Assembly (NCBI RefSeq): GCF_016433145.1 | Contig: NC_058130.1 | Span: 5,052,134-5,109,834, forward strand | Origin: Gracilinanus agilis | Lineage: Eukaryota | Direction: 5' to 3' | DNA length: 57,701 nucleotides | Shown: piece by piece, positions 37,380 to 49,215 of the stretch | Position numbering within the stretch: position 1 is the first letter of the stretch | Layout: every line of letters starts with the position of its first letter | The notes under the pieces: model-generated | Databases searched by the model: none | Told to the model about the DNA's origin: nothing | The model's input: the letters and a program-made list of their open reading frames with translations, nothing else | Position numbers and translations under genes: made by a program

Positions 37380-37910
37380 TCTGTTCTTCTTAGCTTTAGG
37401 CTTTAGAGGTGAAGAAATTCATCCTCACCTGATTAAGTGACTTGTCATTAAATGAAGTGGAATTTGAACTCAGCTCTTCCCCATTCCCTGGCAGCCACAT
37501 CTCTAACCACTGCACCTACCTTCTGAATAGCAATTGCTAAACTATGCCTAACGTCTCAAAGTGTGCAAGGCACTTTTCCTATGTTGTCTCATTGGAATCC
37601 CACGAGAGCACTGTGAGGCAAGTAGAAGAAATGATTATCCCCATTTTACAGACGAGGAAGCTGAACCACTGAAAATTAGGCAATTTCCTCAAGATCCCAC
37701 CCATACACCGAAGAGGACTCCTGACCGAGCCCCCTTTCCCCCTCGCTACTGCTCCTTGTGCTGACCAGACACTTTTTTGCTCATGTTGCTGATTAAACAT
37801 TTGAGACTTGGAGAGTTTCAGCGACTTGCTCAGGGTTTCATAGCTAGAAGGTGGAGGAAACGTGGCTTAAACCAGATTGTCCACTTGCAAACCAACTGAT
37901 AGCATGATGC
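37380..37910 (-). mobile_element. Cluster of MIR fragments
   Basis: ATTATCCCCATTTTACAGACGAGGAAGCTGA; GACTTGCTCAGGGTTTCATAGCTAG; GGAATTTGAACTCAGCTCTTCC. Confidence 0.6.
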
Positions 37911-37924
37911 CTCTCTAAGGTATC

Positions 37925-38055
37925 TCCCCTCCCTCCTTTCTTCCCTTCTTCCTCCCCCTCCTTCTTCTCTACCCTGTCCTTTCTCCCTTCTTCCCCCCTT
38001 CTCTTCCTTCTTCCCTCCTCCATTCCCTCTTTCCCCCTCCTCCCTCCTTCCCCGT
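37925..38055. repeat. CT-rich low-complexity tract
   Basis: About 130 nt of almost pure C/T. Confidence 0.85.
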
Positions 38056-38101
38056 GGCCTGGGACTTGGGAGAGGACCCAGAAGCTATGGCACTCTCTTA
38101 C

Positions 38102-38497
38102 CAGTAGTGGAGCTCTTAGTGGTCTCTGCCGTGGGGGTCTCGTCTGTGACTTCGTAGTTCTCAGTGGTCTCTGCCGTGGGGGTCTCGTAGCTGCCAGTGG
38201 GCTCAGCCGTCGGCATCTTGTCTGTGGCTTCTTCGCTCCCCGTGGGCTGGGCAGTCAGGATCTCGTCGGTGACTGTCAGAAATTCTGAGCTTGGTTCTTG
38301 GCTCGGCTCCGGGCTGGTTTGCAGGAGTGGCTCCTCACTGGAGCTGGGCCCCTCGGTAGGTTCTTCGGAGTCCTTGGCCTCTGTCATACAGCTGGATTCA
38401 TTGCAGAGCTCCTGGGTTGGCTCGGGGCTGGCCTCCACCAGCAGACTGTCTATCGTTGGGCTGGTCGAGTTCTCAGTCACCGAGTTTGCAGATTCTT
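38102..38497 (-). CDS. Unnamed secreted mucin-like protein, exon 2 (132 codons; acidic, Ser/Thr/Glu/Pro-rich)
   Basis: Acceptor CTGCTTTCATTGTCCAG, donor ACTG|GTAAGA, 396 nt, phase 1-1, open frame EESANSVTENSTSPT...ETPTAETTKSSTT. Confidence 0.72.
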
Positions 38498-39122
38498 CTG
38501 GACAATGAAAGCAGAATTAAGGCCTCTTTTCCTTTGTTCTCTTGGCTGAATTCCCTGTCCCCAAACCAGTTCATTAAGCAGGAGAAATGAGAGATGAGAT
38601 TAATTGGCCACCATGGGGAGAGCACCCCACTTGAGCTAGGAATCCAAGCCCTGGCTTCAGATTTCAGCTGGGCTGGTGGACTGACTCCCTGGGTGACTTT
38701 GGATGAGTCCTTGCCCTTCTCGGGACCTCGGGGTCCTCACTCGTCAACCGAGGGGTCAGGGATCTCCCAGGTCCTTTCCAGGTCCCTATCCTCCGGTCCC
38801 TTCTTTCCCAGATCACGCTGGGCCCCATCGGTCCTCCCTTTAGCTACATTTCTCATGGGTTCGGATACAGAGGGAAAAGGGATTGAGGCCCCAAACAGCT
38901 TCAGCCTCCCACCATCAGCCTGGCTTTTCTTTGCTTCCATCTACGTTCTCGAGAAAGTTTCCCCAATGGGAGCTTTTCGATTTCGAGGGATGAAAATACG
39001 GGCAAATGGGGAAGGGAGGGACAGAGACTCACCCCAACACGAAAGCCCGTTCTGATGGCTCATTTTAACTGAGCGACGGCACAGAAATTCAGAGCTCTAC
39101 AAGGGGGCTCCCCTCGACTTAC

Positions 39123-39192
39123 CTTGGCCTTTGGTTGAGTGGACCAGGGCCAGGGTCATGAGGCCACAGAGGACTAGGACTTCCTTCAGCAT
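39123..39192 (-). CDS. Unnamed secreted mucin-like protein, exon 1 (signal peptide MLKEVLVLCGLMTLALVHSTKGQ)
   Basis: ATG with A at -3, basic N-region, hydrophobic core and small residues before the predicted cleavage site; consensus donor CAAG|GTAAGT; phase 1 matches exon 2. Confidence 0.72.
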
Positions 39193-39271
39193 CTTGATGG
39201 CTTCTCTTGGTGGCGAGGGCTAGCGGGGAGCCAGGCTGAGCAGCGTCTGGCAGGGAGAGAAACTGCGGTCC

Positions 39272-39319
39272 TATTTAAGGGAGCGCTCGCCCTTCTGGGT
39301 CAGCTCGTGCCTCCGCCCC
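39272..39319 (-). promoter_or_regulatory. Core promoter of the unnamed secreted-protein gene (TATA-like TTAAATA 39272-39278; GC box near 39310-39319)
   Basis: CCTTAAATAG about 80 nt upstream of the ATG; GGGGCGGAGG further upstream. Confidence 0.55.
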
Positions 39320-40149
39320 CTCAGGAGGGAACCTTTCTGGAAACATCAAGTGAGGCAAGGGGGGGGGGGCAACAACTCATTTAGCCTCCAGGTTAATGGC
39401 AGGAAAACCTGGAGGGCTCTGAAGGGCCTCAGCCTCCTCCCTTGCCTTGCAATTCAGGTCAGGTGGGAAGCCAAATTATAGGTAGGAGAGATGGAATGAG
39501 ATGATAGGAGCTCTGCAGAGGTCACGAAAGAGAGACAGCAAGGCTGAGCTGGGTGCTCAAGGGTTCTTGGAGGGTCTTGGGGCACCTATGATTCATCGAG
39601 GCAAGTGCTGACCCTGGCCTGGGGTGGGAGAGGGAACTGAAGAGCCAGATGTGATCCACAAGTGATCCCCAATCCTTGCTCCAGGGCGATGGGGAGAAAG
39701 CTTGGTGCAGCCAGGAGAAGGATGGATGCCAAGCCCAGAGACCTCAGGTCAAACCAGGGCTCAGAAGCTTAGTGGCTCTGGGATCAGGAGCATCATTCGA
39801 TCTTTATGAGCCTCAGTTTCCTCACCTGGCTAAGGAGGGTGTTAATAATAATAATGCAGGATCAGATTAGCATCACAAAATCTTAGGGCTGCCCCAAGGA
39901 CCCTCAGGAACCATGTGACTTGAACAGAACTGAACAGAACCCCTGGGACTTGAACAGAATGTCCTTCACATTACAACCTACGTGGCATCCAACTTTTTCT
40001 TGAAGACCTCCAGGTGAGGAGAGCTCACTACCTCTAGGGTAGCCCATTTTGTATTACTCAGAAGGTTCTCCTGGCATCAAAGCTAAAGTCTCCTTTTCAC
40101 CTTTGATCTTTTGTTCCAGTTCTGCATTATGAGATCAAGAATAACCAGT

Positions 40150-40800
40150 CTAATTCTTCCTCTGCGTGATAGCTTTTAATTTTTAAAACAATATTCTATT
40201 CCCCCCCATTACATGGGAAAACAATTATTTAATATGTTTTTTTAAAGTTTGAATTCCAAATTCTTTCTCTTCTTCTGACTTCCCCTCCCCTCCCCTTTCT
40301 TCCCCCCTCCCTGAGATGGTAAGTAATTTGACATAGATTTTACATGTGTAATCATGTAAACCATGAAAATGAAGAAAGAAGTGAAATATAGAATGTTTCA
40401 GTGTGCATTCAGTCTCCATCAATTCTTTCTCTGGAGGCAGATGGCATTTTCCATCATGAGTCTCTGGGACTGTCTTAGATCCTTGTATTGCTGAGAATAA
40501 CTAGGTCATTCACATTGGTTCATCAAGAATTAGTGCTGTAACTGTGTGCAATGCTCTTCTGGTCCTGCTCACTTCACTTTGCATCACTTTGTTCATATAA
40601 TTCTTTTCAGATTTTTCTGAAATCATCCTGCTTGTCATTTCTTATAGCATAAAACTTGTTCAAATACCACTCGGCTGATGTTGTGGCCCCTCGTTTTCCA
40701 GTTCTTTGCTACCCCAAAAATAGCTGCAATAAATATGTTTTATACAAGTAGGTCCTTTTCCCCTTTAAAAAATATCTTTGGGATACAGACCCAGTAATAG
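40150..40800 (-). mobile_element. L1 3' fragment
   Basis: TGAGATGGTAAGTAATTTGACATAG...TTGGGATACAGACCCAGTA, typical of antisense marsupial L1. Confidence 0.75.
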
Positions 40801-40804
40801 ACTT

Positions 40805-41150
40805 GGCTACTAAAATAGCTGGGCATCAATCGAGGACAATTCTGAGAGACTTGTGAGGAAGACTGCTATCCACAGCTCGAGAAAGGACTGTTGGAGTAGA
40901 AATGCAGAAGAAAACACATGACTTATCCCTTGTTTACATGGGTATAAGATTTGGGGTTTTGGTCTTAAAAGATTGCTCTCTTATCAAAATGAACAATATG
41001 GAAATAGATATTGAGTGATAATCCATGTACAACCCAGAGGAATTGCTTTTCAACTCTAGGATGGAGGAAGAGAAGAAGGGAGGGAGACAACACGAATCAT
41101 GGAAACATGGAAACAATTTTAAAAATTTGAAATAAGATGAAAAATAAAAT
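40805..41150 (+). mobile_element. L1 3' UTR fragment
   Basis: GACAATTCTGAGAGACTTG...AAATGAACAATATGGAAATAG, with an A-rich end. Confidence 0.7.
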
Positions 41151-41424
41151 GAGTTGCCTAGAACTGGATGCAAAGCCCCAGTCCTTGTGGTGTGACCAGA
41201 GCAGAGGGAGGTGAGACTCTCCCCTTAAGACGCAGACTCTGGCCAATGACCGTTAGCTGTCAGATCACACAACTCCCATTGAACTCTCAGTCCATTCCAG
41301 CCCCCAAATATTCCCTCATTGGAAATGGCAATGAAAACTAGAGAGGATGCACCACCCTTTGCTTTGCCATTGGGCCCTGAGGACCACGAAGCCTTTCCAT
41401 TTATAAGCGGCTGAAATGTCTTTA

Positions 41425-41570
41425 TGTGTTAGCTCCCCCTAAGAGAATGTGAGCTCTTTGAGAAGAGGTCCTGTTGGGCTTCTTCAAAATTTGTAACCTC
41501 AAAGCTAGACATTTAGTCAGGACTTAATAAATACTTTCTCATTCATTCATTCATTCATTCATTCATTCAA
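41425..41570 (+). mobile_element. L2 3' end with (ATTC)n tail
   Basis: AGAATGTGAGCTCTTTG...CTTAATAAATAC followed by (ATTC)n at about 41540-41568. Confidence 0.7.
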
Positions 41571-44500
41571 GCCCAGGCAAGACTAATAATAGCTACTAAT
41601 TGCTCTTCCTTAGTGTTTTAAGTCTTGCCAAGTACTTTAAGTACATTTTCTTATTTGCTCATCCTAACAACCCTGGGAAATATAACTGTTTCCTTTTATA
41701 GATTTGGCAGCTGAGACTGAGAGAAAGTAAATGACTCACTTAATAGCAAATGATTTGGTAAGAGTCAGAAGGCAGATTTGAACTCAGGTCCTCTGTAATG
41801 GGAGATGATCTTGACTTTGAGGAAGAGAGGGAAGGTCAAGTGGCTAAATGAGGGACTAATTCTCTGGGTAGGTTGCTGAGGTCCCTTCCTCCACCCACCT
41901 CTCTTCCTCTGTCCTGTCCTTCCTTCTTCCTTCGTTTTCTCTTGATTTCTTCCTCTTCCTCTCCTTTCCAAATGTCTTCCTTGTTGTTTGGATTATTTGC
42001 TTGGCCCCTGACACATGCTTGGTTCCTGTGGGTAAGATTTCTTTTTTCTTTGCATATGACCATGCATAAAGCTAGATAGAATGTGAAGAACCCATGAACT
42101 CTTAGTCAAGAGATGGAGAGGGAAGATACCAACAAGGATGTGGCTGCAAGAAAAACCAACGGGTCTTCTCCTAGTGGCTTCCTTGAAAAAACCTCAGACA
42201 AAATAACTTCTTTTTCTTAAACAAAGTTTAAAAGACTTGAGAGAAAATGCTCCCACACTCTCTGCTATACATATCAAAGAAATCACAGTAAGTGCCTGTT
42301 GTGAAATCGAGGTCTAGGTGGTAACTGAGAGTCCACTTCGAAGAAGGCACCAGGCACATGGGGGGCTTTTCTCTAAAGGCCCCATGGAAGGGTTTGGGCA
42401 GGCGTTGCATGGGATGGACTGGCATGGAAGGATCTACAGCACTGGAAAGAGGAAGGACCCACATTGTGGGGCTCTGGTTAGAGTATGTTTGTTGAGAAAG
42501 GGGATCCCTCTCCCCCGGGAGGGAGACTTCAAATGACTTTTTTGTTTCCTTGTATGAAGTCTGGGCACATCCCTTCTAAATCCTTCCTGTTTATGTCCAA
42601 ACTCCCCATTGTTTTTGTCTGAACAAACTTCTCCAAAGACCCAAGAGCTGGTTCTGGAAGGAAAATCTCTTCTTAAGATAGCTTTAACATGAACAGAAGA
42701 GGACAAAGATAGAGGCATTGGAAATTGTTGAGAGATTTCTGCCAGTCTTTAGCCATTTGGGCAAGACACTCGGGATGTTGTGAGCATGGGTTTAAGGGCA
42801 AAGGGACAAGAATCTTCCATTCTTTGAGAGCTAGATGGGTGTCATTATTCTGGCCAGTGACCTCTCCCAGCCTTGGATGATGCAATTTTCTAAGTATTTC
42901 CTAATACATAATCTTATTCCATCTGAGAACAGGTCAGGAATCAAGATGATTGCTTGTTGGTCAATTGCTGACAATCTCACGGAGAGGAAGTGGCAAAGCT
43001 GGGGGCCAGGAAACAGGTCTCCAAGATGCTTTCCATGCCTTTTTCATGCCTTTCCTGCTCCAGGCTGCCTATATCAAGTTAGCCAAGATGCTGGCTCATG
43101 GGAATGTTGATGGTGCAACATGAACTTGAATGAGATGCAGATGCTAGCAGGAACAGTAGAACAGCCACTGGGTCTGGAGTCAGAGAGCCTGGGTTCATAT
43201 CCTGGCCCTGCCACTTGCAGTCCTCGAGTAGTTCCTTTTCCTTCTGCCTCAGTCTCCTCCTATGTCAAATGGAGGAGCTGGGCCAGGTAGCCCTTGAAGT
43301 TTTTTCCAACTGTATGGCTATGATAATCAAGTCTCTGTGACAATACGATAAGCAAGGAAATAGCAATTTAGTTTTCGAACAAGAAGAACAATCGTACGCT
43401 CCATCTGATTACACAGCTTTACCCCTGGTTTCATTTATTCCTGAGATAGAACTCAGGACAAGAGTTCATTTCCCCCTTGGAAGCCTTAACCAGGATTGCA
43501 TCTATGGAAAACAGGGTCACACTACTAAAACCAGGCTGAGATAAGGGAAGCCTTTGTCTCTCAATTATAGGCTCCTGTGGGCCTGCCAGAACCCCCAGAT
43601 TCAAGCTGTAACTCCTTGTCTTGTCACAGGATGGCCACTTTTGCCAGGCCCGAAGGTGAGGCAATGCTATGTGATTCATTCAGTTAGCTTCCTGATGGCT
43701 CCTTCCTGAGTCCAGCCAGGGCACAGGAGAGATCTCAAAGGGCTGGAGCTGGTGGGACAGGTACCATGCTGGAGTAAGACTGAGGGGAAGAAAAGTCTGC
43801 CAACCAAATCATCTGGACAAGCATCCAATGAGGACCTTCTGGGCAAAAAAACCAGGCCAGACAACAGGACTATGGGAGCTAAGATCAATGTAGTATTTAT
43901 AAATGTTAAGCAGGCCATCACCACATTTGGACCAGCATTCAGGGCCCGCGATGACAACATGGTGTCAAGCTCCTTCTCCAAGATTCTTTCCCAAGACTGC
44001 CTTCTGTCCACTCCGTGCTGCAGCCACACTGGTCTTTTGTCCACCTCCCCTCACTCTTATTCCCCTCCATCTAAACCCATCCCTTCTATTTTCCCACCTT
44101 CTTCTTCTCAATACCTGAAGTGCTACTTAGCCTTTGAAAGAAGGCCACTCTCTCTAGGAAGTCTTCCATGATCCTCCCTCCATCCACCCCTTTTCCCACT
44201 TAGCAACCACATTTTTCAACCTGAACCCAGATGGGGGTGGGGGTGGGGGGGAGAGACAGAGAGAGACAGAGACAGAGAAGGAAGGAGGGAGGTCAGGAAG
44301 CCGACACCAAGATGACTTCAGGCCTAGGTAACTGCTAGAGAAGATGTTTCGATAATTGAGTCCCTTATCACTACTATATCAAACCTCTGCCAGACCATGA
44401 TCTCTTCTCCAAATTCCTCATGCATTAGTCTTTCTTTCCAGATCATCCGTAGTATACTCTGGTAACAAAATTGTTACTATTTCTCCCTCCTTTGATCTCT

Positions 44501-45869
44501 AGATCTTCATCATGCTTTGCCTATCTGATTTCTAGACCTCACACAAGTCTATTTTTTTGTATTTAGAATAGTACCCTACTCCCTCCCTGTCCCCAATTCT
44601 AATTCTTTTGAATAAGCTAAATGTATTTGGAGACACATACCAGCCATGGTTTTCATCCCACACAGTCACAGGAATACCCTTGGGGTCAAATTTCTCTGTG
44701 GGTAACAGAATTCCTAGCTCGTTTTGCTAATTGCCTGAATTTTGGGCACACCTCTCTCGGCATTCGAGGTCCTTCCTTGTTGGATACCATCTCCTTCAAA
44801 CTTTGGAGTATCTCAGCTCCTCTTCCTCATGATCACTGACTTCTAGGGTGTCTCACTTAGTAGCTAGACAAAGAGGGTTTGCTCTCTTCCTCATCCTTTA
44901 TATATATTTTTTAATTTTAAACATTTATTAATATTCATTTTTAACATGGTTACATGATTCATGCTCCTACTTTCCCCTTCACCCCCCCTCCCCATTCCCC
45001 CCACCCATCTCATCCTTTATATTTTAAAGCTTTTTTGATTAATTCTACAAGGCTCCAGGCAAATGCCTTCTTATCAGGCTTTGTAGAGTTTAGCTCATTC
45101 CTGGCCAGGAACCCGTCATTCCTGTATTCTTAGTTGTAGTCCAGAAATCCAAACCCCATCATCAGACCTCATTGTTTTAGTGAACTGTTCACTTTCTAAA
45201 TCAATTTTTTTTCTTTTGTGTCTCCTGTTTTCTATGTGAGGCAGGGAGGAAAAGACACCCAGTGCCCCTCTGGTCTGGCGTCACCTTCTGGGTTCCTGCT
45301 GGCAGAACTGTGTGGGTCCCCCAGACTCACCACAAATAGGAGGCAGCTCCTTGTTTGGACAAATCTAGGGAGGCTCTTTGCTAGAAGTCATGAGAAGATG
45401 GTTGACCTCGATACTCTTATCAGATTGATCAGCAACTGTCTTCCTTCTCTGAGCATGGAATCGACAGCCTTCACTAGCCTCTCTCTTCCCTGGGCCTTTA
45501 CCCGATTGTTTCTTATTTCATGGTTTCCATGGATTACTTTTGCTTTTTAAATCCATCTTTGGAAGATAAGTAAACTTGTCCTTCTCCAGCCTGCCAGCTT
45601 CTTCCTTTTTAGGAGTAGCCGCTAATGTTTGTTATTTTTTGCTTTGTTTTAGTTCTATGTCAACAATTGTCCTTTCTCTCCCATTCTCCCACTCTTTGAA
45701 CTCATTCCAAAAGTCATGTTTCTGCTTGGCCAGATCTGATCCCCCCAATTCTCCTTCCCAAATTCAACCTCTGACTTTCTTCATGAGTCCAAATCTCTTC
45801 CAGAAGATCCTGATGGTGTCTCTCTCTTTTTTCAGCTTGTCTTTTTTCTATTATATTTGTTTCTTTTCA

Positions 45870-46520
45870 TGTTTCTCAAATATTTTAAATTTTCAATTAC
45901 ATACAAAATTTTTTTAACATTTCAAAAGAATCTGAGTTCCAAATTCTCTCTCTCCGCATCCCTCACCTCTCCACTCATTGACAAGGCAAACAATTTGATA
46001 TGGGTTATAGATGTGCAGTTGTGAAATACATATTTCTGTTTTAGTCATGTTGTAAAAGAAAACACAGACCAAAAAGAAGAAAGAAAGTAAAAAGAACTCC
46101 ATCAGTTCTTTCTTTCAGTGCAGATAGCATTTTTCATCAGTCCTTTGACATTGTCTCAGATCATTGTGTTGCTGAGAATAAATCGTTCATAGTAGATCAT
46201 CATAAAATATTGATATTGTTCTGATACAATATTCTCCTGGTTCTACTCATTTCTCTTTGCATCAGTTCATGTAAGCCTTTCCAGATTCTTCTTTCAGCCT
46301 CCTGCTCATCATTTTTTAGAGCATAAAAGTATTCCAAAAGAATTGCTATAAACTTTTTTATACAAATAGGCCCTTTTCCTTTTTCTTTGATCTTGTTGGG
46401 ACACATACTAGTAGTGGTATTGCTGAGTCAGAGAGCACGAATAGTTTTATAGCCTTTTGGTCATAATTCCAAACTGTTCTCCAGAATGGTCCAATCGATT
46501 CACAACTTCACCAAAAAGTT
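45870..46520 (-). mobile_element. L1 3' fragment
   Basis: GACAAGGCAAACAATTTGATATGGG...CTCCAGAATGGTCCAATCGATTCACAAC. Confidence 0.75.
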
Positions 46521-46589
46521 CAGCTCAAGTCTTTCTATCTTCTCCTGCCACCTTCCCTTCAGTCATCACTAGTGAGAAGGAGAGGACAT

Positions 46590-46970
46590 TTCCAAGAATG
46601 AATGACAAGGAGGAGAGATGACTCAGGAGAGATGGGATCATTACCTTCCAGTTTCTGAATAGCTGTCACATGGAAGAAGGACGTCATTGTTCTACCAGAC
46701 CCTGGAAGACAGTACTAAGAACAATAGGTGGAAGCTGCAAGTTGACAAATTTGAACTGGATAAAAGCAAAACTTTCCTAACTATTGGAACTACCTCAAAG
46801 TAGGATGGGCTGCTTCAGCAGACAATGGACTCCCTCTTAATGGAAGCAATGACTAGATAATGAATGTCCTTGTTATTCAGTGGTAGAAAGGAATCTTGTT
46901 TAAGCACAGGTTGGTCTAAAAGGCCTTGGGAGTCCCTTCTAACTCTGCAATATTTTGATTCTAAAATCCC
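46590..46970 (+). mobile_element. L3/CR1 3' fragment
   Basis: CTGTCACATGGAAGAAGG...GGTGGAAGCTGC...AAAACTTTCCTAACTATTGG. Confidence 0.6.
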
Positions 46971-46999
46971 CAGAGAAGCACAAACATAGAGAAGTGGAC

Positions 47000-49215
47000 C
47001 TTCTCTTTGCCAACACCAATATTTCTATGTGACTCTTGATCCAATCCATTTCCATATTCTCCAGTAGATTGTCTCCATTATCCTCCCAGTATCTCACTAA
47101 TCTTTAATCGCTCTACCTTCTGGATTCTTCCCTTCTTCCCCACTGCTTAAAAATTCATCCATGTCTTCACCTTCCTAAAAAAGAATTCTTACTTGATTTT
47201 ATCATCTCTGAAAACTATTATCCCATATTTCTTCTCCCCTTCTTCTCCCCTTCTTCTCCCCGTCCCTTTGAGAAAATCAACTACATTAGTGGCTGTCTTT
47301 TTCCTCACTCTTTTCTTTTTTCTTTAAAATTTTTTTAAAATTTAGAATATTTTTCCATGCTTGCATGATTCATGATCCCCACATCCCGCTCTTTCCTCCC
47401 CCTTCCCAAAGCTGCCAAGCAATTCCACTGGGTTATCCATGTATTATTGTTCAAAATCTATTTCCATGTCATTCATATTTGCAGTAGAGCAATCTTTTAA
47501 CATCAAAACCCTAATCATATCCCTATCGAACTAAGTGATCGATCATGTGTTTTTCTTCTGTGTTTCTGCTCCCACAGTTTTTTTCTCTGGATGTGGATAG
47601 CTTCTTCTTATAAGTTCCCCTGGATTGTCCTGGGTCATTGTGTTGCTGCTAGTAGAGAAGTCAGTTACATTAAATCGTGCTACAATGTATCAGTCTCTGT
47701 GTACAATATTCTCCTGGTTCTGCTCCTTTCACTCTGCATCAATTCCTGGAGGTCTTTCCAGTTCACATGGAATCCCTCCAGTTCATCATTCCTTTAAGTA
47801 CAATAATATCTTTACTCTTTTCTAAATTCTCTGCCATAAGGTTTTTTACTTCATCATTCAACTAGATCTGCTCTTTCCAAAGTTACCAATGTTTTCTCAG
47901 TTGTCAAATGTGATAGCCTTTTCTTAATCTTTTTCCTTTGACCTCTCTGCAAATTTTGACATTATCAATACTGCTCATCTTCTGTATACTCCCTTGTTTT
48001 TCATGATATGACCCTCTCTTCCTATCTATATCTCCAATCACTCCTCAATCTCCTTTGCTGATACTTTCATCCATGTCATGCTTTCTAACTAGGAATATTC
48101 CCCAAGGCTCTGTCCTGGCCTTACTTTTCTTATCCTCAGTATTATTTTATGTAGTGATTGCATCAACTTCCATGGGTTCAAAGATCACCTCTAATGTAGA
48201 TGATTCACATATCTAGTTATCCAGTTCCAACATCTTTCTTGAATTCTAGTTATGTATCATCTGTTGCCTTATGAAAACCTTAAACTGGGTTTCCTATTCT
48301 CTCAAATACAAAATGTTCAAAACAGAATTCACTTTCTTTCTCCCAAGCCCTTCCATTTCCAGAAATCACTGATTACTGTTGAGGGCACCACCATCTTCCT
48401 AGGCACCCAGACTGGCAGATTCTATTATTCTGAACTCATCACTCTTACTTTCACCACATGTTCAATCTATTGCCAACTCTTGTAATTCTGTCTTCAAAGT
48501 ATCTATAACATCTGTCCCTTTCTCACTAATTATACCTCTTCTCTGCAGAAATACCTTATTATCATCCTGGCCTTCTAAACTATTTCCCTGGCCTTCAGGT
48601 TATTCTCCCTACTATAATTTCTTCTCATTCTGGTCTATTTCCCATTCTTCTGCTATCATTTTCTTAATGCACAATCTAATCATAACACCTCTCTCCTGCT
48701 ACCCTTCTTAGCAAACTTTCTATTACCTTCCAGGTATAACATGAAATCCTCTGGTATTAAATGCCCTCCATGACCTGCTCTCTTCTTACCATTCCAGGCT
48801 TCCTATTCCATTTCCTTCCACATACTCCATGATCCAATGATATTGGCCTTCTTGGGTGCCTCACACATGATACTCCCTTTCCCTGTTCTATGTTTTCCCT
48901 CTGATTGTCCATTCCCCCTTGTCTGGAATGCTCTGCCTTCTTGGCTCTGCCTCCTGTCTTCTCTGGTTTCCTCAAGCTCATCTCCAATCTCTGACTTTGT
49001 GGAAAGCCTTTCTTAGCCTCCACCATGGCTAATGCCTTTCCTCTGAGATGATCTTCCATTTGCACTGTCTAGCTTTTTATGTTCTGAGTTATTTACTTGC
49101 TCTCTCCTCCTTTGAACTGTGGAGACAACACGTGTTCTTAGCATCCTGCCTGACACCTAGTAAGCACTTAGTAAGTGCATTTTCGCTCACTAATTCAGTT
49201 GTTTATTCATTCATG
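47000..49215 (+). mobile_element. Long L2 LINE remnant, interrupted by L1 at about 47315-47813
   Basis: CT-rich L2 RT-like sequence (CTGCTCTTTCCAAAGTTACCAATG; CCCCAAGGCTCTGTCCTGG) ending in an L2 3' terminus with ATTC tail near 49200. Confidence 0.7.
47315..47813 (-). mobile_element. L1 3' end inserted into L2
   Basis: Poly-T start and L1 3' UTR; flanked by ACTCTTTT at 47307-47314 and 47814-47821. Confidence 0.75.

Noticed and set aside
43676-44171. Overlapping ORFs on both strands (139 aa and 122 aa), one with a hydrophobic stretch, one faintly like an RT motif (GAKINVVFINVKQAI)
   Set aside because: Non-ATG starts, no convincing family match, and the right end runs into L2-like sequence; more likely a decayed repeat.
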